A stretch of 64,000 nt of DNA from contig DOZJ01000003.1 of NCBI GenBank assembly GCA_003518055.1, forward strand, positions 2,046 to 66,045, in the 5' to 3' direction. A model generated the notes under the pieces. That model saw only the letters and a program-made list of their open reading frames with translations, searched no databases and had not been told where the DNA came from. This DNA comes from Candidatus Falkowbacteria bacterium (GTDB taxonomy: Bacteria > Patescibacteriota > Patescibacteriia > UBA11705). This document shows positions 53,712 to 62,420 of the stretch, piece by piece. Each line of letters starts with the position of its first letter. Positions within the stretch are counted from its first letter, which is position 1. Made by a program: the position numbers and the translations under genes.

Positions 53712-55220
53712 TTAAGATGATTTTTGGTGTGTCTTTTCGGTTGGAGATTGACTAAATAATTGTAGCACAGCTGTTAGAAATATGATATATCCGATTCCGA
53801 GCGGATGGTTCAGATATGGACTGAATGCGTGGACGGTTGAAAGAAAAATTAAACCAAGCAAAAAACCGTACAATAACCAAGCATTGTCTTGGGTTGATGT
53901 CCGGATCAATGACCAGGTTTTTTTGCCGATTGATATCAATAAACCAAGATAAATGAATAATCCAAAGAGGCCGATTTTCAAGATAATATCAAGATAGCCC
54001 CACTCAAAAGCATAAGTAGTGTATTCGCCGGTGGGATTTTTTTCAAGCACCCGGGGATCAAGACTGGTATAGGTGACGGTTGAGCCAAAACCGGAGCCGA
54101 TAACCGGATGGGTGGTCAAACTTTTAGCTAGGTTCGGTAATTGACTCCACCGGCTGGAAACGGCTGATTCGTTGAGGTTGATTCTATCTTTGAGCATTTC
54201 ACTCGGGTTAATTGCCGGTAGATTGGGCCAAGGAAAATAGATGACGGCCAGAAGCGCGGCCACGCTGACGATCAAGATACCCATAAGGTTTATGATCAGA
54301 CCCGCTCCCCGTTTAATTTTATGTTTATTGAGGTATAAAAAGATAATGAGAAAAATAAACCCGGTTAAAAGTAGTCCAACCCAATTGCTGCGGGAGAGAT
54401 TTAAGATTGAAACCGCTGTAAGCGCGATGATGGCGATATATGGTAACAGGTTGGATTTTGTTGGCCGCAGTTGGCTGTTAATTAAAAACAAGAGCGATAA
54501 AATTATAAAAAAACCAATACCGGTGTAAATGTGGCTTTGAAAAAAAATGCGGTAAAAACTGCCTGACAACAAGGTAATCTCCCCTATTCCTGTGTCCCTA
54601 ACCCAGCGATAGACCGGTTTAATGGCGCTGAAATTATGAGAAAAATAATAAAGCAAGCCCATACTTTTGAGCACGGTCCAGGCAATACCGGCTGAAATAA
54701 CGGAAATCAGCGGTTTTAACGTATCTTTTGATGTCAAACCATCGACGGCAGGCCCAAGATAAAGGAAAAACAACCAAGCATTGAAATCAGAATAAATGTT
54801 GATTAAACCATTATGTCTGATTAAACCAAAAATCAAGCTCCACAGAACGACAAAGCCTAGAATCAGGAACCACTTGAAATTAAAAACAGAAAAAATATTA
54901 GTTCGACGGAAACGAACTAGGCCGACACACCAAGCAAGGATTATCGCACAAAAGATTCCAAGGCGAATGCCAATTTCCTGATTGGCAACGATTAAATTGA
55001 ACAAATGGCCTTGAGAACCGATGGTCAGTTCAGAAAACGCGATCATTAACCCGAGTGGTAGCCGGTATAATGATAAACCAAAGGTGATGAGAACAATTAG
55101 AATGAACAGGGTGTTTCCCAATATGTTGTTGTCATTGGCAATAAAAGAAAACACTTCAAAGATAAAAAAAAGCGGCAGGCACCATAAAAACCATTTTGAC
55201 GAGAAAAAAATATTTTTCAT
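53712..55220 (-). CDS. O-antigen ligase/polymerase-like polytopic membrane protein
   Basis: About 12 TM segments. Lies in a glycosyltransferase cluster. ATG at 55220 overlaps the upstream gene's stop (ATGA). The N-terminal extension in the track ORF is rejected. Confidence 0.55.
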   Translation of the reverse strand: MKNIFFSSKWFLWCLPLFFIFEVFSFIANDNNILGNTLFILIVLITFGLSLYRLPLGLMIAFSELTIGSQGHLFNLIVANQEIGIRLGIFCAIILAWCVGLVRFRRTNIFSVFNFKWFLILGFVVLWSLIFGLIRHNGLINIYSDFNAWLFFLYLGPAVDGLTSKDTLKPLISVISAGIAWTVLKSMGLLYYFSHNFSAIKPVYRWVRDTGIGEITLLSGSFYRIFFQSHIYTGIGFFIILSLLFLINSQLRPTKSNLLPYIAIIALTAVSILNLSRSNWVGLLLTGFIFLIIFLYLNKHKIKRGAGLIINLMGILIVSVAALLAVIYFPWPNLPAINPSEMLKDRINLNESAVSSRWSQLPNLAKSLTTHPVIGSGFGSTVTYTSLDPRVLEKNPTGEYTTYAFEWGYLDIILKIGLFGLFIYLGLLISIGKKTWSLIRTSTQDNAWLLYGFLLGLIFLSTVHAFSPYLNHPLGIGYIIFLTAVLQLFSQSPTEKTHQKSS

Positions 55221-55648
55221 ACTATTTCCGGTAGATAGAGTTTGTACAAGCGGTGATCCAGATCGTCGGACATGAAGTATGTGAATGGTTCGAGGTCGGC
55301 TTGCAGGCTTTTGTCTATGACCGGGTGGTCTTTGACATTCCCCAAAGCGATGTCGATAATTAATTGGTTGTCTTGAAGCCAAAGATGATCAATGTCATGA
55401 TGATAAAAATATCCGGACTGGATGTACAGCCGATGATTAGAGCCTCTGTTTATGTATCGGCGCAAATCATCAAGCAAGCTTTCAAGATTAACAGATATAA
55501 CCAAAGATTCGATCACTCGCCCCCGATGAAATCCCGCGCCGGATTGCTCCAGAAGGAATTCCTCCACCAGATTTTTTAGCCGCATAAAATCAATGGCCGG
55601 CGAAATTACCTTTATTATTGGAGTGATTTTTTTGTGAAGTAATATCAT
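55217..55648 (-). CDS. Hypothetical protein (143 aa), translationally coupled to the downstream membrane protein
   Basis: I prefer the internal ATG at 55648 because the longer track ORF would overlap the GT2 gene. Its stop overlaps the next start as ATGA. Confidence 0.45.
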   Translation of the reverse strand: MILLHKKITPIIKVISPAIDFMRLKNLVEEFLLEQSGAGFHRGRVIESLVISVNLESLLDDLRRYINRGSNHRLYIQSGYFYHHDIDHLWLQDNQLIIDIALGNVKDHPVIDKSLQADLEPFTYFMSDDLDHRLYKLYLPEIV

Positions 55649-55653
55649 ATTGG

Positions 55654-56541
55654 TTACAGTTTTGATTGAGTGCGCGGTTTTATTTTTAATAGTTGAACGA
55701 TATAGGCGAGAAAAAGGCTGATCGGCGACAGTATGAGCAGCAGCAGGTATTGCGGCCATGGGCGGTATTTTTTGAAAAAGATAAGCATGCCGGTGATAAA
55801 TCGTCGTTGTTTCGGCAGAGATGATTTTTGTTCGAAACTTTTGCCTTCAAAGTGAAAGACTTCGGAAAGCGGAACGTAACGAATCTTTTGCCCCTTTATG
55901 GTCAAATTGTAACACAGATCAACATCTTCCCACCAGATGGGATACTCTTCATTCCAACCGTCAAGCAGACGAATAACTTCAGCGCGAATAAAAACAAAGG
56001 CGCCCATAATTTGGTCCACCTCAGATTCTTGCGTATAGTCAAAATCTTTTCTGAGATATTTTTTTAGGCATTTGGGTTGGAATAAATGATGTAGTTTGAG
56101 TAGGATCAAAACTTGATCGCAAATAGTCGGGTTGGTTTTGATATTGGGCTGGGTGGTCCGGTCGCCATAAAGCAGTTTGGTGGTGCAGGCGGCGATGTCG
56201 CGATGGGAATCCATATACTGTTTCAATTTGAAGACGGTATTTTCGGTGAATTCCATGTCGGGATTCATAAATAAAGTATATTCCCCCTTTGCTTCTTTCA
56301 AACCCTGATTATTGGCCTTGGCAAATCCCAGATTTTGGCGATTCTCAATGATAAGCAGTTGGCCGGTTTGAATCTGGGGCTGAAATTGGCGGCGTAAATA
56401 TTCGGTTGAACCGTCGTTTGATGCATTATCCACAATAATCACTTCAAAAGTAATATTTTCCGTAAATTTAAAAATCGTTTCCAAACACTTTAGTAGAAAT
56501 TCCCGAACATTCCAATTTACGATGATAATCGAGACATCCAT
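55654..56541 (-). CDS. Family 2 glycosyltransferase
   Basis: MDVSIIIVNWN...VIIVDNASNDGS and a DxD-type region, typical of GT2. Confidence 0.85.
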   Translation of the reverse strand: MDVSIIIVNWNVREFLLKCLETIFKFTENITFEVIIVDNASNDGSTEYLRRQFQPQIQTGQLLIIENRQNLGFAKANNQGLKEAKGEYTLFMNPDMEFTENTVFKLKQYMDSHRDIAACTTKLLYGDRTTQPNIKTNPTICDQVLILLKLHHLFQPKCLKKYLRKDFDYTQESEVDQIMGAFVFIRAEVIRLLDGWNEEYPIWWEDVDLCYNLTIKGQKIRYVPLSEVFHFEGKSFEQKSSLPKQRRFITGMLIFFKKYRPWPQYLLLLILSPISLFLAYIVQLLKIKPRTQSKL

Positions 56542-56580
56542 AGAATTTGAAACCAGTATCGACTGCCGACAGTGGTGTTT

Positions 56581-57795
56581 TTATGATTTTTCGTTTAAAT
56601 ATGAATCAACCAGACTCATCATTTTATCAACGCGTGCCTGCCAGGTGTGAGACTTGATTAGATTTTGACGGTTTAAGACTTGTTGAGGTGAGTTGTCCTT
56701 GAGCGCCCGGTTGATAAGATCACTAAAGGCGTTAGCATCGGAAGCGGTTTTTATATCATTCGGAAAAAGCTCGGTGCCGGCCACTGGCGTGCTGACAATC
56801 GGTTTGCCGGCAGCCAAATATTCATACAGCTTCATCGGGTTCATAGATTCGACAAACGCTGATTGACGATGCGGCATGATGGCGACATCAAACCGGTGAA
56901 GATAAGCCGGCAGCAAGCGGTAATCAACGCGGCCGGTCAAAATGACATTGGGTAGGTCGGCAATCTTTTTATCCCAAGCTTTTTTGACTGCAGCCCAAAT
57001 CGGACCGCAGACAATGAAAGTTTTTTCCGGATTTAATTTTACAACGGCGGCGAATAGGTCGAGGTCAAAGCGGCCTTCAATGGTACCAACATAACCGATA
57101 AAGGGTCCTTTTTTATTATCGATAATCGTTGGCTGCGATATTAATTTCGGATCAATAAAATGGTCAAAATCAACGCCGTTAGGGACCCAATAAACATGGT
57201 CTGACCGGTCGTTTTGATGGAAAAAATCCTTCATGGCGGATGAAACCGTGAAGATTAAGTCAGCTTTGGCGGCGATGGTTTGATATTTGTCGGTTAACTT
57301 TTTGCGGCTCATCAGCTTTGAATAGGCGGTGTGCTCCAACCAATTGTCAACCGTATCGAAAACAAAAAGTTTTTCATCCAATCGGCCAATAAATTCGGTG
57401 AACATCGGATTATATGACCAAAAAATAATATTATTTAAATTGAGAGATTTTTTGACCCGATTCAATTCTCTAGCGACAATTTTCCAGGAGAAATTATTAT
57501 CAATCGTTGAGTAAACGTAAAGATCAGGTGCTTGGCGGAAGCAGGCGCTGGTCAAGTCGCCGTAGATCATTTCGCCGTTTTTAACACCGGTAAGAATGTT
57601 TTGAATATAATGTTTAACGGTTTTTTTGAGGCCGATGGGGAAAAAATCAACGCTGACAATTCTCTCGACGTTTGGGTGCCGGAGCAAAGCATTTAAAATA
57701 AAATAATTGCGATTGACAATCCCCCGGTGCCAATCTGACATCGTGGACATGTTAAACATGACTATATCGAATTTACTTTGATCGGATTTTAACAT
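56581..57795 (-). CDS. GT-B fold glycosyltransferase (GT4-like)
   Basis: C-terminal nucleotide-sugar binding region (ESMNPMKLYEYLAAGKPIVST), an E-x7-E-like motif. Confidence 0.75.
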   Translation of the reverse strand: MLKSDQSKFDIVMFNMSTMSDWHRGIVNRNYFILNALLRHPNVERIVSVDFFPIGLKKTVKHYIQNILTGVKNGEMIYGDLTSACFRQAPDLYVYSTIDNNFSWKIVARELNRVKKSLNLNNIIFWSYNPMFTEFIGRLDEKLFVFDTVDNWLEHTAYSKLMSRKKLTDKYQTIAAKADLIFTVSSAMKDFFHQNDRSDHVYWVPNGVDFDHFIDPKLISQPTIIDNKKGPFIGYVGTIEGRFDLDLFAAVVKLNPEKTFIVCGPIWAAVKKAWDKKIADLPNVILTGRVDYRLLPAYLHRFDVAIMPHRQSAFVESMNPMKLYEYLAAGKPIVSTPVAGTELFPNDIKTASDANAFSDLINRALKDNSPQQVLNRQNLIKSHTWQARVDKMMSLVDSYLNEKS

Positions 57796-57842
57796 GGGAT
57801 ATGGATATTGGAGAACAGCTTTATAATAAAATACGACCGCGG

Positions 57843-58328
57843 TTAATTATCCGGACCGTCTTGATCAGTCTCAGGGCCGGCCACGTCATCGATTTTTTTG
57901 CTTAAATCCTTGACCCGCTGCATGACCTGAAGAAATTCTTCTTCTTCATCATCAGATAGATTGTCGGGCATGACATGGTAAGCGGATTTGAGCGACGAGA
58001 GAGTATTTTGCATTTTTCCCGTAATGGCCTGCATCATCACTTCTCGTGACGGCATCCGATCCTTGTGCATGACTCTCGGCCCCTTGTAGTAGCCAAGAGA
58101 CTGCATGGTTTCATCGTCTTCATCCGGCCATGGTTCTTGGGTGCTTTGGCTGTTGAGCAAGACGAATCGATCGTCACGATTAAGCAATTCAATCAAATGA
58201 TCCGGTTCAAATTTTAAGTTATTTTTTTCTTCATCCATTAGATCGTATAGCTTTAGAATCGGAATCAAAAATTCGTCTTCTTCGAGTAGAATGGTTTCGG
58301 CGAGTTGCTTGATTTCATCGTCAGTCAT
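57843..58328 (-). CDS. Hypothetical acidic protein (161 aa)
   Basis: ORF only. Strongly acidic. Confidence 0.5.
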   Translation of the reverse strand: MTDDEIKQLAETILLEEDEFLIPILKLYDLMDEEKNNLKFEPDHLIELLNRDDRFVLLNSQSTQEPWPDEDDETMQSLGYYKGPRVMHKDRMPSREVMMQAITGKMQNTLSSLKSAYHVMPDNLSDDEEEEFLQVMQRVKDLSKKIDDVAGPETDQDGPDN

Positions 58329-58378
58329 ATGAATTCATGATAATAATTTTTGAGAATGAAAGTCTTGAACGAGAGAGG

Positions 58379-59395
58379 TTAAAATAAGGTTTGTTTTGTC
58401 CCCTCGGTGTCAGCACCATCGTTTGACGGTGTCAGATTCGGCGCGTATAGACGATTGCCGAGTGCGAATAGGCGGTCGGAAATGTTTTCACCGCGGGTTT
58501 GCAACTCTTCGGTTAGCATATAAGCTAGGTTGGTTTTTGAAGACAACTGATCAAGGTGGTGGAGGGCGAGAGCCTCGGTGGTCATGGGTTTGATCGGACT
58601 GCCGAATTCCAACTCGCCATGGTGGCTGAGAATAACATGCTGGACCTGCAAAGCGGTTTCAGCTGGGAAATCTTTGATGGCGGCAATCAGAGCGGAAATT
58701 TTGTTGCTGATGATTGTAATGTGGCCGAGAAGGTGGCCGGCGGTGGTCCGGGTGGTGGCGGTTTCCGTGTTCAATTCATAAACTTTGCCGGCGTCATGAA
58801 GGATAATCCCGGCGGTCAGAATATCCATGTTTAATTTGGGATAAATATCTTTGAGCGGCCGGCTGAGGAGCAGCATGTCGGTTATATGCTCCATTAAACC
58901 ATGCAAATATGCGTGGTGAATGTATTCGGCGGCGGGGCAAAGCTTGAATTTTTCAATAAAGTTCTTATCTTTGAAAATTTCTTTCAATAATTTTTGGATA
59001 AACGGATCAGCCACTTCGTTGATAGCGTTTTTGATTTGAAGATATAGTTTTTCCGGATCGTGAATAGATGATTTGATATAATCAGATGAATTGACGCTTT
59101 GGCGATCAATGACCATGAGATGTTTGATGGTTAACTGTTTTTGATTTTTAAATTCAGAAACCGTCCCATCGACGCTGACAATGTCACCCGGATTGGCCGG
59201 TTCGCAATCGGCGAGAGCATCCGACCAGATTTTAGCCGGTATGTCGCCGGTTTTATCCTGAAGAATTAAATCCTTGTAGGTCTTCCCAGCGGCGGTGGTT
59301 TTGGTATTTTGATTTTTGAGGGCGAAACTGACACCCTGAATGTCATCATTGGGTTTCAAATCAGCGATATACAGCTGCTTCATAGCGGGAGTCAT
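58379..59395 (-). CDS. yhaM: YhaM-like 3'-5' exoribonuclease (OB-fold + HD domain)
   Basis: N-terminal OB fold followed by an HD domain (HHAYLHGLMEH, IILHDAGK). Confidence 0.8.
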   Translation of the reverse strand: MTPAMKQLYIADLKPNDDIQGVSFALKNQNTKTTAAGKTYKDLILQDKTGDIPAKIWSDALADCEPANPGDIVSVDGTVSEFKNQKQLTIKHLMVIDRQSVNSSDYIKSSIHDPEKLYLQIKNAINEVADPFIQKLLKEIFKDKNFIEKFKLCPAAEYIHHAYLHGLMEHITDMLLLSRPLKDIYPKLNMDILTAGIILHDAGKVYELNTETATTRTTAGHLLGHITIISNKISALIAAIKDFPAETALQVQHVILSHHGELEFGSPIKPMTTEALALHHLDQLSSKTNLAYMLTEELQTRGENISDRLFALGNRLYAPNLTPSNDGADTEGTKQTLF

Positions 59396-59511
59396 TTTAG
59401 ATAATTATAGACTAATTATAGCAGGATTTTTCAGGAGAATAAACATTATTGACACGGTTTGGTATTTGTGGTAATATATCCAATTCGTTAACAACCATGG
59501 AGGAGGGCGCG

Positions 59512-59691
59512 ATGGATTGGTGGATGCATCTGTTGCTGTGGATCTTGGGTCCGGTGCTGATTGCGCCTTTAGCTTATGTTAAATGTCGCGTTGTGGATAA
59601 AGTTGATCATAAATTGGCTTTGGTAGGGGGGGCGATTTATACCGGAGCTTATTATTTAGTCGGACTGGTAATATATTTTTGTTCTATGTAG
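59512..59691 (+). CDS. Small 2-TM membrane protein (59 aa)
   Basis: TTGACA-N17-TAATAT promoter. GGAGGAGGG SD before the ATG at 59512. Confidence 0.4.
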   Translation: MDWWMHLLLWILGPVLIAPLAYVKCRVVDKVDHKLALVGGAIYTGAYYLVGLVIYFCSM

Positions 59692-59727
59692 CAATAAAAA
59701 AACTCAAGTATTACTTGAGATTTTTGT

Positions 59728-60078
59728 TTATATTTGCCGTTCGGCAACTAAATTTTGCAGATCAGTCATTAGAGATAGGCCGTGAGGTTTAACTCTGATC
59801 ATGTCAGCTCTAGGATGAGTCGCTTGATCTCGGGCCGTGTGAAGAGCACAAACCAGATTTGGGTGATTGGCTTTGATGTGATCCAACAGCTCCAAGCCAT
59901 TCATTTTCGGCATATCCAAATCAATAATAGCGGCCTGAATCTTGTGACCCTTACGATGAAGAATGTCGATGGCTTCGGCTCCGTCAGCGGCTTCGTAACT
60001 TTTCATGCGGTTACGAGTAGCCATGTGACGGAGCATGTCTCGAATATCTTCATCATCATCCACGATTAGGACTTTCAT
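59728..60078 (-). CDS. Single-domain response regulator (CheY-like receiver)
   Basis: MKVLIVDDDEDIR ... IIDLDMPKMNGLELL. No output domain and no adjacent histidine kinase. Confidence 0.85.
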   Translation of the reverse strand: MKVLIVDDDEDIRDMLRHMATRNRMKSYEAADGAEAIDILHRKGHKIQAAIIDLDMPKMNGLELLDHIKANHPNLVCALHTARDQATHPRADMIRVKPHGLSLMTDLQNLVAERQI

Positions 60079-60247
60079 CCCTTTAACGCCTCCATGTGGT
60101 CGAACGTAAAAGGAATACTATCAAATACACGTGATTTTGTCAATTGGGTCGGTGGATAGTTTAATTTGGCTAAAATAGGTGTCTTATTGACGAGGTTTGG
60201 AGATTGTGTTATAATTCGATGTTGCAACCCATAACAAGGAGGATGAG

Positions 60248-60781
60248 ATGGATCGGAAGCCGCTATTTATCACTACTTTTCGTGAGTGGGATTTTCATGA
60301 TATTCGTACTGGTCAGACAGTGATGGTTCCGGCGGGACGTTATCAAGTCGCACGAATTGACTGTCCCCGATTTCATTGTGACAAGCTGGTTTTGATGAAT
60401 TATTCACCTGACGCTTGTATCGGGATGGCTGAAGGCGCGGTTCGGCAATGGCACGATGGCCAGATCAGTCCCAAGACGCTGGTTCCAATTTCTTGGGGAG
60501 ATTTTCAAATCAGATTTGAAAATGACGATGCCCCAGAAAGAAATATTGGTTATGATGAAATAAATCCGAGAGCTGATTTTGGTTTTGGTCATGATGGTAA
60601 TATGATTATCCATGAAATCTTTGTGGCGACTCATAACAGTCAGCATATCGATCGTTCAATCAATGCTGTGAATTTTGAACTGGCAGCGGTTCTGGTCGCT
60701 TATTTCCGCGGGTTTGGGTTCGTGGTAGACTGCGATCAGCAGCTAGAAACTATCCGTGTTCGTCATCCCCAGTTGGTGTAA
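60248..60781 (+). CDS. Hypothetical protein (177 aa)
   Basis: TTGACG-N17-TATAAT promoter and AAGGAGG SD. No recognisable motif. Confidence 0.55.
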   Translation: MDRKPLFITTFREWDFHDIRTGQTVMVPAGRYQVARIDCPRFHCDKLVLMNYSPDACIGMAEGAVRQWHDGQISPKTLVPISWGDFQIRFENDDAPERNIGYDEINPRADFGFGHDGNMIIHEIFVATHNSQHIDRSINAVNFELAAVLVAYFRGFGFVVDCDQQLETIRVRHPQLV

Positions 60782-60856
60782 AAAAATAAGCTTACATTCA
60801 GTCGTAACTGATGTAAAAATTATTTTCAACCAAAACCAAAGAATCGGAGGGCTGGC

Positions 60857-61225
60857 ATGAGACAGATTAGAATTGATGATTGTAATTTTCTCGTTCAAGA
60901 AGGTGCGATTGAAACTCAAGCTCTACTTCGCGGCCAGCGGGCTGAAGTTTTCCGGCCGATTATTCGTTTTGAACGTATTCGGGTGATTCCGTTGTATCTG
61001 TTTGAAGCCGGCAGCCATACGATTATCGGATCTGAGGTTTTGGTCGTGGTTGACGACGTAATGTATTATTTTTACGATGAACGTCTTGAAATTGATGAAT
61101 ATCTGCTGATTTGTGACGGAAGGTTGTATCGTCCCACGGAAGAACCGGTAGAGGTAAACTTGCATTTTTCTCTGCGTCAAGTCAAGATTGAACCGGCTGT
61201 GACGACGCAGCTCGAAAAGATTTAA
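60857..61225 (+). CDS. Hypothetical protein (122 aa)
   Basis: SD GGAGGG. Terminator CTCCA-gaaag-TGGAG + T-run at 61230-61253. Confidence 0.55.
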   Translation: MRQIRIDDCNFLVQEGAIETQALLRGQRAEVFRPIIRFERIRVIPLYLFEAGSHTIIGSEVLVVVDDVMYYFYDERLEIDEYLLICDGRLYRPTEEPVEVNLHFSLRQVKIEPAVTTQLEKI

Positions 61226-61295
61226 AAAACTCCAGAAAGTGGAGATTTTTTTATTTACAAGAAAAACCAACGACGAATAGCTGATGTATGCTTTT

Positions 61296-61510
61296 AAAAG
61301 CGTGCCGGTGACAGCAGTGGTCATCCTTCGATCCTGCCGATCGAGAACCTTCCGCCTTCACTATCGTTTCGGCGGACAAGCAGGGTGACAAAATGTTTTA
61401 TGCACGCTTCGACCATTCGACTAGGCTCGGGGCAAGCTTGGCGTCCCGGATAAACCAACGGGGCAGGTATGGTGACATACGTTCCCCGTGTTATGCTGGT
61501 GGTTTTCATT
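61296..61510. ncRNA. Candidate structured non-coding RNA (class and strand unknown)
   Basis: A GC-richer intergenic block lies between a terminator and a convergent gene end. A long-range 8-bp pairing links 61298-61305 (AAGCGTGC) to 61402-61409 (GCACGCTT) and encloses local hairpins. GGTGACA occurs three times (61307, 61384, 61471). The 62-aa track ORF here looks non-coding. Confidence 0.3.
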
Positions 61511-61522
61511 CGGATTAAAATG

Positions 61523-61996
61523 TCATGTGAAAAATTTCAAATAGTAAGCGGCGATGCTGAAAGCGATCGAGACATTGAGGCTTTCCTTTGTTCCGGTCAT
61601 TGGGAGGTGTAGAACGTGGTCACAGCGGTTCAAAAGTTGTGGTGATAACCCTTTGACTTCATTGCCGACCATTAGCGCTAGCTTAGATTTTGGTTTGAAT
61701 CGGCGAATGTCGAGGCTCTCCCCTGTCATCTCTAGGGCAATGATGATATAACCGTTTTGTTTTAATTTTTCAATCACGCGCCAAGTATGGAATTCGTATT
61801 TCCACGGTACGGTATGATGGGCACCAAGAGCGGTTTTGGCGATTTTTTGTTCATTTTTGTCCGGCCGGCCGGAATAGCCGGTCAGATAGATTTTTTCAAT
61901 TCCAACCGCGTCAGCCGTGCGAAAAATCGAGCCGACATTGTATAGACTGCGAATATTGGGTAAAATTACGGTTATTTTCGGGTCTTTAATTGACAT
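61523..61996 (-). CDS. SpoU/TrmH family RNA 2'-O-methyltransferase
   Basis: LYNVGSIFRTADAVG, MVGNEVKGL and SLNVSIAFSIAAY, the three SpoU motifs. Confidence 0.85.
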   Translation of the reverse strand: MSIKDPKITVILPNIRSLYNVGSIFRTADAVGIEKIYLTGYSGRPDKNEQKIAKTALGAHHTVPWKYEFHTWRVIEKLKQNGYIIIALEMTGESLDIRRFKPKSKLALMVGNEVKGLSPQLLNRCDHVLHLPMTGTKESLNVSIAFSIAAYYLKFFT

Positions 61997-62050
61997 AATT
62001 ACTGATAGGTGATATCATAATGAGTTCACCTTACCACAAGGAGGCTGGGA

Positions 62051-62353
62051 ATGAAAAACGAGATTGATAACGAGATCGGTACCCCATACATGTTCATATC
62101 AATCATTTTATTTCTGTTCGGTGTCCTATCCTTTGTGGCTATCTTTTTGCGAGTGTTGATTGTAAACAATGTTATCAGATCCAACACGGTTGAAGGACAG
62201 CAATATTTATTGCAGAATATGCCGTCATACTTGTTTCTCGTGATGGTAGGCGTTCTGAGCTTTGGTCTTGAAATAATCATGATGAAGCTGTTGCAAATCC
62301 AGAATAATCAACAGGTGCTCATGGACGAATTAAGGGAAATCGCTGGTAAGTAA
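62051..62353 (+). CDS. Small membrane protein (100 aa)
   Basis: AAGGAGG SD. Two TM helices. Confidence 0.5.
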   Translation: MKNEIDNEIGTPYMFISIILFLFGVLSFVAIFLRVLIVNNVIRSNTVEGQQYLLQNMPSYLFLVMVGVLSFGLEIIMMKLLQIQNNQQVLMDELREIAGK

Positions 62354-62420
62354 TGAGAATCTACGGATGCTTACATTGAAATTGTGAGATAGTTATAACC
62401 GAGAATAATTCTCGGTTTTT

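Noticed and set aside
55217-55759. 180-aa minus-strand ORF, and the 556-aa form of the membrane protein (53712..55382)
   Set aside because: Both N-terminal extensions overlap upstream genes in another frame and look non-protein-like (Arg/Pro/His-rich or Ala-rich). Internal ATGs at 55648 and 55220 give tidy, non-overlapping or ATGA-coupled genes.
61321-61509. 62-aa minus-strand ORF in the GC-rich intergenic block
   Set aside because: It has no SD and an implausible composition, and the region has extensive base-pairing potential. I treat it as a candidate ncRNA instead, with low confidence.
61296-61510. Assigning the candidate ncRNA to SRP RNA, tmRNA, RNase P or a cobalamin riboswitch
   Set aside because: Only fragmentary resemblances were found: a GNAR-capped hairpin with a CAGG 5' side, and a CCACUG string. 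The tRNA-like CCA end, the GGAAAGUCC-type P4 and the B12-box context are all absent. A convergent-gene context also excludes a riboswitch. No class is assigned.
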